Below are positions 18,671 through 28,493 of a stretch of 64,000 nt of DNA, piece by piece. The notes beneath the pieces are model-generated. The model had not been told where the DNA came from. It ran no database searches and was given only the letters and a program-made list of their open reading frames with translations. Location of the stretch: assembly GCA_963674755.2 (NCBI GenBank), contig CAXXVS010000002.1:1408001-1472000 (forward strand), in the 5' to 3' direction. Numbering within the stretch: the stretch's first letter is position 1; every line of letters begins with the position of its first letter. The stretch is from Desulfobacterales bacterium. GTDB lineage: Bacteria > Desulfobacterota > Desulfobacteria > Desulfobacterales > UBA5852. The position numbers and the translations under genes are program-made.

Positions 18671-21600
18671 ATGCCAAATCAAAACAACACAGTTCTGGTA
18701 ATCGGCGGCGGCGTCGGCGGGATGAAGGCGGCCATGGATTTGTCCGAAGCCGGCCGGGATGTCGTCCTGATCGACCAGGCGGCCGCCATCGGCGGCTTGA
18801 TGACCCGTCTCGACCGCACCTTCCCGACCAACAATTGTGATTTATGTACCATTTCCCCCAACCTGTCCGAAAATGCCCGTGAAAAACATATTGAAGTGCT
18901 GCCGCTGACCCAGGTGAGCGGGCTACAGGGGCAAGCCGGTGACTTTGCCGTCACCCTGGCACGGACCCCGCGTTACATCGACATGGAAAAATGTACTGCC
19001 TGCGGCGATTGCCACAAGGCTTTTCCGGAGTGTGTGCGCTTTGAACCCGGGCTGGACCACCGGGCACCGACCTGCATGCGTTACCCCCAGGCAACCCCCC
19101 AGGCCTTTTCCATTGATATGGAAAAATGTGAAGACCCGGCCGCCCTGGTCAAGATATGCCCGGCCGACGCTATCAATCCGGACGATAGCGCGCGAACCGA
19201 AGAACGGCAGGTGGGGGCCGTGGTCCTGGCCATCGGGGCGGAACTCTTCGATCCCGGCCGGCTCGATAACTTCGGATACGGGCTTTACCCCGATGTGGTC
19301 ACCGGCATCGAATACGAGCGGATCATGTCGGCTTCCGGACCCACCGGTGGCGAACTGGTCCGTCCCAGTACCGGCAAGCCGCCGAAACGGGTGGCCTGGA
19401 TCCAGTGCGTGGGCTCCCGCGGCATCAACCGGGAGGATGTCTCTTACTGTTCCGGGGTTTGCTGCATGTACGCCCTCAAAGAGGCCATCGTTACCAAAGA
19501 GCGCTTCCGGGATGACATTGAGACAACGATTTTCTACATGGATATGCGCACCTTCGGCAAGGATTACGAACTTTACTACGATCGTGCCAAAAAAACTTAC
19601 GGCGTGCGTCTCGAGCGTTGCCGGCCCCATTCGGTCACGCCGGATGCCGCCTCCGGGCAACTGGCCATTTCCTATGCCACGGACGCCTCCTCCACGCTGG
19701 CAACGGAAACCTTTGACATGGTGGTCCTCTCCACCGGATTCCGCCCCACGCAAACCGCCCGCCAACTGGCCGAGGTTCTGGACATCGAACTCAACGCGCA
19801 CAATTTCGCCCGCACGCAGGGTTTCAGCCCGGTAGCGACTTCACGGCCGGGGGTTTATGTGTGCGGTGTTTTTGAGAGCCCCAAGGATATCCCCGAAACC
19901 ATGATGCAAGCCAGTGCGGCGGCCTGTCTCGCCTCCAAAAACCTGATACCTGTATCGGCATCCGCCAACGGGGAAGTCGCGCTGCCGCCGGAGCGGGATG
20001 TCAGCGGCGAAGAACCGCGCATCGGTGTGTTCGTCTGTGACTGCGGGCAGAATATCGGCGGTGCTGTGGATGTGGATGCCTTGGCCGCCTACGCCGGCAA
20101 ACTGCCCGGAGTGGTCCTGTCCCAGAACGCAGGCCACGGCTGCAGTCTGGAAGCGCTTGAAACATTAAAAGCCGCCATCGGCCAACACAAACTCAACCGG
20201 GTTGTCATCGGCGGCTGTTCACCCCGGACCCATGAAAACCTTTTCCAGAACACCCTGCGTGAAGCCGGGCTCAACAAGTACCTGGTTGAAATGGCCAATA
20301 TTCGCGACCAGGACACCTGGGTCCACAGGAATAATCCGGAAATGGCCTTGGCCAAAGCCAAAGACCTGATTCGCATGGCGGTATCCGGTGTGACCCGGGC
20401 CCATGCCCTGAATGACAACACACTGCCCATGAACAAGGATGTCCTGGTTCTTGGCGGGGGGGTGTCCGGTATGAATTCGGCCCTTGAACTGGCGGATCAG
20501 GGACACCGCGTATACCTGGCCGAGCAGGCCGGGCATCTGGGCGGCATGGCCATGGCGGTGCGCAAAACACTGGAGGGTGATGATGTTCAGACCTACATGG
20601 CGGACCTGGTTGAAAAGGTATCCCAGCACACGCTGATCGAAGTCATCACACATGCCGTTATGGTCGATCACTCCGGTATGCCCGGGATGTACAAAACCGG
20701 ACTCCAGATCGGCCCCCGGATGTACTACCGGCAGATTGAACACGGCGCGACCGTATTGGCAACCGGTGCAACACACAACGTTCCCCGGATGTACCGCCTT
20801 GGGGAGCATGCCGCGGTTACGACCCAGATTGAGCTGGACAGCCTGATTGAGGACCAGCCGGAACGCGTTAAGGCCTGGGAACAACTGGTCATGATTCAGT
20901 GTGTCGGATCCCGCGTTCCGGAAAACCCCAATTGTTCGCGCATTTGCTGTCAGAGTGCCATTAAAAACGCCCTGCGGGTGCTTGACCTCAACCCCGAAAT
21001 GCGGGTGTTCGTTCTTTATCGGGATATGCGCACGTATGGGTTTTCCGAGGATTACTATGCCGAAGCCCGTCGGCGCGGGGTGATATTTGTGCGCTATGAG
21101 ACGGATACGCCGCCGGAAGTAACGCCGCATGGCGCTCAGGTAAAGGTTGCTTTTAGCGACCCGATCCTCCGCCGCAAGCTTGTGATCACCGCGGATTGCC
21201 TGGCGCTGAGCACCGGTATGGCGGTCAATCAAGAGGCGACAGAAGACCTGGCCACGATCTTTCATCTGAACCGGGCCCTGGAAGGCGGCTTTCTGGAAGA
21301 ACATGTCAAACTGCGGCCTACGGATCTTACCGTTCCCGGCTTTTTCGTGGCCGGCAGTGTTCATGCCCCCAAGAATATCAAAGAGTGTATCGCCCAAGCC
21401 CAGGCTGCGGCCGGCCGGGTCCTGGCCATGCTCTCCAAGGATACGATCAACCTGGGTGCCACGGTGGCCCGGGTCGATCCTGAAAAGTGTGCCACCTGTC
21501 TGGCCTGTGTACGAGCTTGTCCTTACGGAGTCCCCTTTATCAACGAAGATCGCTATTCGGAGATCGACCCGGCCAAGTGCCACGGCTGCGGAATTTGCGC

Positions 21601-21694
21601 GGCCGAATGTCCGGCCAAGGCGATCGAGCTTACCCGGTTTGAGGATGCGCCGATCCTGGCGCGCCTTGAAGTCCTGTTTGAAAGGAGTGCCTGA
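18671..21694 (+). CDS. hdrA: Heterodisulfide reductase subunit A-like flavoprotein (two FAD modules, 1007 aa)
   Basis: Two GxGxxG motifs, TFPTNNCDLC, two QCVGSR…CS.xCC motifs, C-terminal 2x[4Fe-4S] ferredoxin domain. Confidence 0.95.
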   Translation: MPNQNNTVLVIGGGVGGMKAAMDLSEAGRDVVLIDQAAAIGGLMTRLDRTFPTNNCDLCTISPNLSENAREKHIEVLPLTQVSGLQGQAGDFAVTLARTPRYIDMEKCTACGDCHKAFPECVRFEPGLDHRAPTCMRYPQATPQAFSIDMEKCEDPAALVKICPADAINPDDSARTEERQVGAVVLAIGAELFDPGRLDNFGYGLYPDVVTGIEYERIMSASGPTGGELVRPSTGKPPKRVAWIQCVGSRGINREDVSYCSGVCCMYALKEAIVTKERFRDDIETTIFYMDMRTFGKDYELYYDRAKKTYGVRLERCRPHSVTPDAASGQLAISYATDASSTLATETFDMVVLSTGFRPTQTARQLAEVLDIELNAHNFARTQGFSPVATSRPGVYVCGVFESPKDIPETMMQASAAACLASKNLIPVSASANGEVALPPERDVSGEEPRIGVFVCDCGQNIGGAVDVDALAAYAGKLPGVVLSQNAGHGCSLEALETLKAAIGQHKLNRVVIGGCSPRTHENLFQNTLREAGLNKYLVEMANIRDQDTWVHRNNPEMALAKAKDLIRMAVSGVTRAHALNDNTLPMNKDVLVLGGGVSGMNSALELADQGHRVYLAEQAGHLGGMAMAVRKTLEGDDVQTYMADLVEKVSQHTLIEVITHAVMVDHSGMPGMYKTGLQIGPRMYYRQIEHGATVLATGATHNVPRMYRLGEHAAVTTQIELDSLIEDQPERVKAWEQLVMIQCVGSRVPENPNCSRICCQSAIKNALRVLDLNPEMRVFVLYRDMRTYGFSEDYYAEARRRGVIFVRYETDTPPEVTPHGAQVKVAFSDPILRRKLVITADCLALSTGMAVNQEATEDLATIFHLNRALEGGFLEEHVKLRPTDLTVPGFFVAGSVHAPKNIKECIAQAQAAAGRVLAMLSKDTINLGATVARVDPEKCATCLACVRACPYGVPFINEDRYSEIDPAKCHGCGICAAECPAKAIELTRFEDAPILARLEVLFERSA

Positions 21695-22128
21695 TGGAAC
21701 AGTTCGAACCGACGATTGTGGCCTTCTGCTGCCACTACTGTGCTTACACGGCCGCGGATATGGCGGGCAGTATGCGCCTGGAATACCCCGCGAACGTCAA
21801 GGTCATACGGGTACCCTGCAGTGGCAAGGTCGATGCCATCCACATCATGAAGGCGCTGGAAAAAGGGGCTGACGGTGTTCTTGTGGCCGGCTGCCTGGAA
21901 GGGGATTGCCACTTTAAAACCGGCAACGTCAAGGCGCTGCAACGGGTGACCTATCTGCGGCCGCTCCTGGAAGAGATCGGGATCGAGCCGGAACGCGTGC
22001 AGATGGTGAACATGTCCGCGGGCATGGGCAACCGGTTTGCCCAAATTTCCACCGAATTCACGGAAAAGATCAGAGAACTTGGGCCTAATCCTATAAAAGC
22101 GGGCGTATCCCGTTTGGCGGCGTCCTAG
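21694..22128 (+). CDS. mvhD: MvhD/FlpD [2Fe-2S] subunit
   Basis: FCCHYCAYTAAD, RVPCSGKVD, GCLEGDCHF; TGATG translational coupling to hdrA. Confidence 0.95.
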   Translation: MEQFEPTIVAFCCHYCAYTAADMAGSMRLEYPANVKVIRVPCSGKVDAIHIMKALEKGADGVLVAGCLEGDCHFKTGNVKALQRVTYLRPLLEEIGIEPERVQMVNMSAGMGNRFAQISTEFTEKIRELGPNPIKAGVSRLAAS

Positions 22129-22156
22129 CCCACTACCGTAAGGAGATGAAACGACA

Positions 22157-22822
22157 ATGATTACTGCTGAACGAAAACCGTTGGATGAAATATTGGAAAG
22201 TATCGACGGTTGCAGCCGGATTCTGCTAGTGGGCTGCAATGAGTGTGTGACGGTCTGCGCAGCCGGCGGACGCAAGGAAGTCGCCCTGCTGGCCTCGGCG
22301 CTGCAAATGGCTTCCATGAAAAAAGGGCAGGCGCTGGATGTCCGTGAAATAACGCTGGAGCGGCAGTGTGATCCTGAATATATCGAAGAACTCACACCCC
22401 ATATCGATCAGGTGGACGCCGTGGTGTCCATGGCGTGCGGCTGCGGGGTGCAGGAGGTGGCACGGCGGTTCAAAAAAACCTTCGTGTACCCGGCTGTGAA
22501 CACCAAGTTCATGGGGGCTTCCGAAGGACCGGGAATCTGGGCCGAACGGTGCCAGGGCTGCGGTGACTGCCTGCTGGGACTCACCGGCGGCATCTGTCCC
22601 ATCGCCCGCTGCGCCAAGCGGCTGATGAACGGGCCCTGTGGCGGTTCAACCAACGGCAAATGTGAAATCAGTGACGAGGTGGATTGTGCCTGGCATCTTA
22701 TCTGGGAACGCATGAAAGAATTGGGCATCGAAGATCGCTACGAAGACGTCATTTCAGCCAAGGATTGGCGAACCGGCCGGGGCAGCGGCCCCCGCAAAAT
22801 TCTCAGGGGGGATTTGCAATAA
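22157..22822 (+). CDS. metV: Methylenetetrahydrofolate reductase small subunit MetV
   Basis: GCNECVTVC, RQCD, CQGCGDC, GICPIARCAK.LMNGPCGG…KCE…CAW. Confidence 0.9.
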   Translation: MITAERKPLDEILESIDGCSRILLVGCNECVTVCAAGGRKEVALLASALQMASMKKGQALDVREITLERQCDPEYIEELTPHIDQVDAVVSMACGCGVQEVARRFKKTFVYPAVNTKFMGASEGPGIWAERCQGCGDCLLGLTGGICPIARCAKRLMNGPCGGSTNGKCEISDEVDCAWHLIWERMKELGIEDRYEDVISAKDWRTGRGSGPRKILRGDLQ

Positions 22823-23745
22823 TGAAAACGGAAAGTGTGCTGGAAAAAGTATTGGCATCGGGTGAACTGGCAGTAACCGGAGAATGCGGCCCGCCGCGAG
22901 GGGCCCTGCCTGACGTTGTCAAGGAGAAAGCCGCCCTGCTCAAGGGCTATGTGGACGCGGTCAATGTAACGGATAACCAGACCGCCATGGTTCGCATGTC
23001 CAGTTTTGCGGCGAGCCTCTTCCTGCGGCAGATGGATCTGCATCCGGTCTTTCAGATGGTTACCCGGGACCGCAACCGGCTCGCCATGCAAAGTGATATC
23101 ATCGGTGCGTATTCGCACGGGATCAATACCATGCTTTGTCTCTCCGGTGACCATCCCAAATTCGGCGACCACGCCATGGCCGCCAACGTGCATGACCTGG
23201 ATTCCCTGCAATTGATTCAGACCGTTCGGGGCATGCGGGACGAAGGCTGTTTCCAGGGCGGGGCGGAGATCAAGAATCCGCCTAAAATGTTCATCGGCGC
23301 GGCAGCCAACCCCTTTGCGGATCCCTTTGAGCTGAGAGTTTCCCGCCTGGCCAAAAAGGTGAAGGCCGGCGTCGATTTCGTACAGACCCAGTGCATCTAC
23401 AATATCGACAAGTTCGAGACGTGGATGGAAGGTGTCCGGGAGCGCGGCCTGCATGAGCAAGTCTACATCATGGCCGGCATTACCCCGATGAAATCGGCCG
23501 GCATGGCCCGGTATATGAAAAACAAGGTCCCGGGGATGGACGTGCCGGATGAATTGGTTAAACGGATGGCCGGTGTGCCGAAAGACAAGCAGGCCCAGGA
23601 GGGGATTGATATCTGCGTCGAATCCATTGAACGCCTGCGGCAAATCGAAGGCGTCTCCGGGTTTCATATCATGGCCATCGAGTGGGAGGAGAAAGTGCCC
23701 GAAATCGTGAAGCGGGCCGGCCTCCATCCGCGCCCCAAGGTATAG
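22822..23745 (+). CDS. metF: Methylenetetrahydrofolate reductase MetF
   Basis: GECGPPRG, NVTDNQTA, TRDRNR, LSGDHP, QTQC; TAATG coupling to metV. Confidence 0.93.
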   Translation: MKTESVLEKVLASGELAVTGECGPPRGALPDVVKEKAALLKGYVDAVNVTDNQTAMVRMSSFAASLFLRQMDLHPVFQMVTRDRNRLAMQSDIIGAYSHGINTMLCLSGDHPKFGDHAMAANVHDLDSLQLIQTVRGMRDEGCFQGGAEIKNPPKMFIGAAANPFADPFELRVSRLAKKVKAGVDFVQTQCIYNIDKFETWMEGVRERGLHEQVYIMAGITPMKSAGMARYMKNKVPGMDVPDELVKRMAGVPKDKQAQEGIDICVESIERLRQIEGVSGFHIMAIEWEEKVPEIVKRAGLHPRPKV

Positions 23746-23807
23746 CCTCCGGGAGATACCTGGCGCGCGGAACAGGTTAAATGCAGCACTAATTGTGAAT
23801 AGGGAGA

Positions 23808-24197
23808 ATGGCGATGAGCAACGACAAATTAATTCTGGTCGTAGACGACGATCCCGATCTGGTGGAATCGGTCTCCATGAGATTGGAAAGCGAGGGTTTT
23901 CAGGTCGCCAAAGCATATGACGGTGTTGAAGCATGGGATCGCATCAAAGATGCAAGACCGCAGATGCTGATCCTGGACGTCATGATGCCCCGCAAGAACG
24001 GCTATGAACTATGCAATGAAATCAAAAATGATCTCAACTTCAAGGATATCACCGTCCTTCTTTTAACGGCGGTGGCCGACGCAATACCGTACACAACCTA
24101 TACGCATATGGATGGAAAGACCACCCTGGCGGATGACTTCATTCCCAAGCCTATTGACTTGGATAATCTCATGGAGATTGTCAAAGATAATCTGTAA
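23808..24197 (+). CDS. Single-domain response regulator
   Basis: VVDDD, LDVMMP phospho-Asp, T and KP motifs. Confidence 0.9.
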   Translation: MAMSNDKLILVVDDDPDLVESVSMRLESEGFQVAKAYDGVEAWDRIKDARPQMLILDVMMPRKNGYELCNEIKNDLNFKDITVLLLTAVADAIPYTTYTHMDGKTTLADDFIPKPIDLDNLMEIVKDNL

Positions 24198-24208
24198 GCG
24201 CAGCTGAT

Positions 24209-24739
24209 ATGGCAACGATCGGCATCAAGGGGTTGAAAATCAGCGCAGAGCTTTGCCTGGTGCGTCTGCGGGCGGGACCCCGGAGCAGCGGTCTACTGCC
24301 GGCCTTTTGCAGTCGACTGGCCGGCAGCCAGATCAACATGCCGTTTTTATCAGCCGAATCCCAGACCGGCAGCATTTTGGTTAGCTGCTGCGTGGATGCC
24401 GCCCAGCAGGCATTGTTAAAAAAAGTGCTGAGCGCTGAACCGGTGCTGCAGGAGCGCGCCGAATATACCGCGGGGGTCGGGTTGCTGACGCTGTTCCCGC
24501 ATCAGTCCAGCCTGGGGTTGTTTGGCCGGTCGTTGCGCGCCCTGGCCGCGGCGGACCTGCGGGTTTTCGCAATGGCCTCCTCGATCGGCGCCCTGACGTA
24601 TGTGCTCGACTATACCCAGCTCAATAAGGCCGCCGCCGTCATACAAGTATGTTTTGAACTTGTCTCCAACCATGCACCTTTTAGGGCCGAATTTACGGTG
24701 ACGCAGGGAACCCAGCTTAGGCCCGACCGCAGGGACTAG
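24209..24739 (+). CDS. ACT-like domain protein (resembles aspartokinase regulatory domains)
   Basis: Alternating beta/alpha pattern, INMPFL, VFAMASSIGALTYVL; fold assigned by eye. Confidence 0.55.
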   Translation: MATIGIKGLKISAELCLVRLRAGPRSSGLLPAFCSRLAGSQINMPFLSAESQTGSILVSCCVDAAQQALLKKVLSAEPVLQERAEYTAGVGLLTLFPHQSSLGLFGRSLRALAAADLRVFAMASSIGALTYVLDYTQLNKAAAVIQVCFELVSNHAPFRAEFTVTQGTQLRPDRRD

Positions 24740-24742
24740 GGC

Positions 24743-25240
24743 ATGGAAACCATCGCCATGTATTGGGAGCCGCAGATCAAGACCTACGGTTTCCAGGTCG
24801 TAACAAATCTGGCCCTCTATAAGTACCGGATACCCGCCGATCTGCCGGCCGAATGGACGCGCGCGATCAAGCGCGTCGAAGATGGGCCCAACCGTTTTCT
24901 TCTATTGTTCGCTCAACTTAGTGCCTCATCGGAGCTTGATTTAGGACTGCTGTGCGAACCTGAGCAGGGCCTTTCCCTGGCGCGCCGCATAGCGGCTGAA
25001 ATACCCGCGGCAGATGACCGGCCCAAGGTCACTGTCCCGGTTGAGTTGATTTTCTTTCAGGGGCCCCATTTCGGGGACCGGTTCGGCATCGCTGATTTTA
25101 CCTACAAAGCCCTCAAAGAAAAGTCGGACGTGCTGCTGGCAGCCGTTTTCACATGTGCTTCTATTTATTTGATTTTGCCCGAAGGGGCGGCGGACGAGAC
25201 CCGAGCTCGCCTGGCGGCTGCCTTCCGGATACCGGGTTGA
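24743..25240 (+). CDS. ACT-like domain protein
   Basis: C-terminal VELIFFQGPHFGDRFGIA…LAAVFTCASIYLIL resembles an aspartokinase ACT2 domain. Confidence 0.55.
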   Translation: METIAMYWEPQIKTYGFQVVTNLALYKYRIPADLPAEWTRAIKRVEDGPNRFLLLFAQLSASSELDLGLLCEPEQGLSLARRIAAEIPAADDRPKVTVPVELIFFQGPHFGDRFGIADFTYKALKEKSDVLLAAVFTCASIYLILPEGAADETRARLAAAFRIPG

Positions 25241-25247
25241 ACGACGA

Positions 25248-26759
25248 ATGAACAAGAAGCTTTTCAAAGAAATAGACTGGCGGGTGAAAGTTTTTGACTC
25301 CCTGTCCTACCCTACCCTGATAATGACGCCTGACAAAACGATTGTGTCCGGCAACCAGGTGTTCTTCGATAAATTTAAAACCACCCTCGATGATATCGTT
25401 GGCAAAGCCTGCTACGAAGTTTTCTACAATGCCCCCAAATGCCCGAATGAGCAATGCCCGCTGCCCACGGTGATCGCTGAGCGCAAAGGGCAGAGCATGC
25501 TCCACAGCGTTAACACCAATTCCCGAAACAAACTCTGGGAGGACCGGGTTTTTTCACCGATTCTCGGCGATGACGGCGAGGTAGCCTACATTCTTGAGAG
25601 CGTGCGGGACGTTACCCGTCTCAAGAATATGGAGATTGCGCTCAAGGAGACCGAGGCCTTTTTAGAAAAAATTATCACCGGATCGCCCATTGCCATTGTG
25701 GTCTCAGACAACTATGGCAATATCCTGTTGATGAACCCCGCCGCCCAGGAGCTCTTCGGGTATCCCAGCTGGGAAGCCATTACAAATGTCAGCGCGGCCG
25801 CCCTTTATCCCGAAGGGGTTGCCGCGCAAATCCAAGAGAGCCTCAAAGACGAAAAGATCGGCGGCAAAGGTAAGCTGCGCAGTATGACCACCACCATCTT
25901 GAAATCAAGTGGTGAAGAAATCCCCGTTGAGATAACGGCTTCCATTATCTATGAAGATGAAGAAGAGATTGCCATCGTCGGCATCTACACCGACCTGCGG
26001 GAAAAGCTGGCGGTAGAAAAAAAACTAAAGGATACCCGGGCCAGATTGGCGCAATCGGAAAAAATGGCGTCCATCGGCCAGCTGGCCGCCGGGGTTGCTC
26101 ATGAAATCAACAATCCCCTGACCGGAATTCTGTTCTACGCGGAAATGAAACAGGTCCAATTGGCGGCAGACGACCCGGAACGGGGAGAAGTTGCGGACGT
26201 CATTGAGGACGTCAACCGTTGTCGGGACATTGTCAAAAACCTGCTCGCCTACAGCCGCCAGTCTAATCCAACGAAGGAGATCATCCAGCTCAACGAGGTC
26301 GTAGACCAGAGCCTGGCCCTTGTTCGTGATCCGAAAGCGTTGATGAATATTAAAATTGTCAAAGAGAACTACGCAGGTAAAATTCTGGTCCACGTGGATC
26401 GGAACCAGATGTGCCGGGTTATCATCAACCTGGTAATGAACGCCGTATCCTCCATGGAAGGCCACGGCAAGTTGACGTTTCGGACGTATCGGGATACAGC
26501 GCGGCAGAAAGCTGTGCTGGAGATCGAGGACAGCGGCTGCGGGATATCCAAAGAGCATTTACCCAGAATATTCGACCCCTTTTTCACGACCAAGAAACTC
26601 GGCGAGGGCACCGGGCTGGGATTAAGCACGGTGTATGGACTTATCCATGAGAATAAAGGGTCAATCGAAGTCAAGCAGACCAGTGCAAAGGGAACGACCT
26701 TCCTGGTGGAATTGCCCCTTCTCCATTCGATCGAGAGGGCCGGGCAGGAGGACCCTTAA
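25248..26759 (+). CDS. Cytoplasmic PAS-PAS histidine kinase
   Basis: AHEINNPL H-box, N-box, DSGCG, FDPFFTTK, GTGLGL; no TM helices. Confidence 0.92.
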   Translation: MNKKLFKEIDWRVKVFDSLSYPTLIMTPDKTIVSGNQVFFDKFKTTLDDIVGKACYEVFYNAPKCPNEQCPLPTVIAERKGQSMLHSVNTNSRNKLWEDRVFSPILGDDGEVAYILESVRDVTRLKNMEIALKETEAFLEKIITGSPIAIVVSDNYGNILLMNPAAQELFGYPSWEAITNVSAAALYPEGVAAQIQESLKDEKIGGKGKLRSMTTTILKSSGEEIPVEITASIIYEDEEEIAIVGIYTDLREKLAVEKKLKDTRARLAQSEKMASIGQLAAGVAHEINNPLTGILFYAEMKQVQLAADDPERGEVADVIEDVNRCRDIVKNLLAYSRQSNPTKEIIQLNEVVDQSLALVRDPKALMNIKIVKENYAGKILVHVDRNQMCRVIINLVMNAVSSMEGHGKLTFRTYRDTARQKAVLEIEDSGCGISKEHLPRIFDPFFTTKKLGEGTGLGLSTVYGLIHENKGSIEVKQTSAKGTTFLVELPLLHSIERAGQEDP

Positions 26760-26926
26760 GGGAAACGCCTCTAAGTGGCCCCTTTTCAGGTGCCGATCCA
26801 TCCTGCCGGCCATCGCAGCACAGGCCAGGATTGAACGGTACGCTTTTTGGGGGATTGCCATCCGGTCGGCTCAACAACTGCAACCGCAGCCCTTACTTAG
26901 CGTCCGTCCATAAGAGGAGATTTTCC

Positions 26927-28429
26927 GTGCCCATTTCGGACCCTGCGATAAAAGCCCCGGACAAAGACCGCTCAGCACTCTTTTCCAAGCCAAGCGTCCT
27001 CGTCATCGATGATGAAAAACGCATTCGCGATGTATGCCTGAAGATGCTCAGCGGCGAAGGTCATGAGGTTGCCGAAGCGGAAACTGCCGAAGTCGGCTTA
27101 CAGATGATCAAAAACAGACACTTTGACATCATCCTGCTGGATTTGATGATGCCGGGCATTTCGGGAATCGATGCGCTGGTGCAGATTCGCGCCGCGCATC
27201 CCGATACGGTGGTGATTGTCATTACCGGGTATGCCACATTAGAGCACTCGATCGAGGCCATGAAAAAAGGGGCCTTCGATTTTCTACCGAAACCATTTTC
27301 ACCCGGTGATCTGCTCATCGTGATCAACCGGGCCGTCGAGCATATTCGAACGCTTGAGGATATTGCCACCGAAAAGTCCCGCATGCGGGTGATGATCAAT
27401 CAGTTGGCCGACGGGGTGATGACCACTGACAATCAGAAACGGATTGCCCAGGCCAATCCTGCCTTCCTAAAAATGACCGGATATCACGGGCCGCGCCCGG
27501 TCGGTCGGCCAGCTGACGAGATTGTGGGCATCAAATCTCTCAACGAAATGATCGACAAGGTTCTGGACGCTCCGGAAGATGAATTCGTCGAGGTCTCAGA
27601 AGAAGTGTGGTTGGAACCGTGCGCCAAAAACGACGAAATCATCATTGGCGCCCACTGCGTGCCGTTCCGGGATCGCCTTGGACGGAACCTGGGAACCATT
27701 ACCGTCCTGCATGACATCACAGCCTTGAAACATAAGGACCAGCTGAAATCCGATTTTATCGCCATGGTTTCCCACGAAATCCGCAGTCCTATGAATTCGG
27801 TCCTGATGCAGTTGAAAGTGATTCTGGGCGGTCTGGCCGGTGAAACGACCCCTAAGCAAAAAGACATCCTGGGAAGAGCTTCGGAAAAGATTGCCGCTCT
27901 AATTAAACTTGCGTCGGAATTGCTGGATCTGGCCAAAATTGAATCCGGGCTGATTACCCGAGAACGCGAAGAAATCCGGATTGCCCAATTGCTTGAGGAT
28001 CAGGCGGCCTTCCACCAGGCTGCGGCCCAGGCTAAATCAATCCAATTATCCATAGAGGATCTGCCGCCATTGCCGACCGTGATGGCCAACCGGCTCAACC
28101 TGGAAGAGGTTTTTTCAAACCTTATCGGCAATGCCATCAGCTACACCCCCGAAAACGGCAAAATTACGATCGATGCCAGCGTGGAGGGCGATTATGTGTG
28201 TGTCCGGGTAACGGACACGGGCATTGGTATTGCCGAGGAAGATCTCGATCGCATTTTTGACCGTTTTTTCAGGATCAAAAATGACAAGACCCGGTTTGTC
28301 ATCGGCACCGGGCTGGGGTTATCCATTGTCAAAAGTATTGTGGACGCCCACCAGGGCTTGCTTCGTGTTGAAAGCAAACCGGACCACGGGACAACGTTTT
28401 CTGTGCTTTTTCCGTCTATTTCTTCTTAA
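26927..28429 (+). CDS. Hybrid kinase: receiver-PAS-HisKA-HATPase
   Basis: VIDDE/LDLMMP receiver, SHEIRSP H-box, DTGIG, GTGLGL; GTG start after GAGGAG. Confidence 0.9.
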   Translation: MPISDPAIKAPDKDRSALFSKPSVLVIDDEKRIRDVCLKMLSGEGHEVAEAETAEVGLQMIKNRHFDIILLDLMMPGISGIDALVQIRAAHPDTVVIVITGYATLEHSIEAMKKGAFDFLPKPFSPGDLLIVINRAVEHIRTLEDIATEKSRMRVMINQLADGVMTTDNQKRIAQANPAFLKMTGYHGPRPVGRPADEIVGIKSLNEMIDKVLDAPEDEFVEVSEEVWLEPCAKNDEIIIGAHCVPFRDRLGRNLGTITVLHDITALKHKDQLKSDFIAMVSHEIRSPMNSVLMQLKVILGGLAGETTPKQKDILGRASEKIAALIKLASELLDLAKIESGLITREREEIRIAQLLEDQAAFHQAAAQAKSIQLSIEDLPPLPTVMANRLNLEEVFSNLIGNAISYTPENGKITIDASVEGDYVCVRVTDTGIGIAEEDLDRIFDRFFRIKNDKTRFVIGTGLGLSIVKSIVDAHQGLLRVESKPDHGTTFSVLFPSISS

Positions 28430-28493
28430 TGGTTCTTGCTTACAAGCAGCCTCGCAATGCCTTCAGATGCCAGTTTGGCCTTTGCAAGTTCAG

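Noticed and set aside
18671..22128. Selenocysteine in HdrA or MvhD
   Set aside because: Both frames are open with Cys codons at the usual Sec positions; the HdrA TGA is a true stop overlapping the mvhD ATG.
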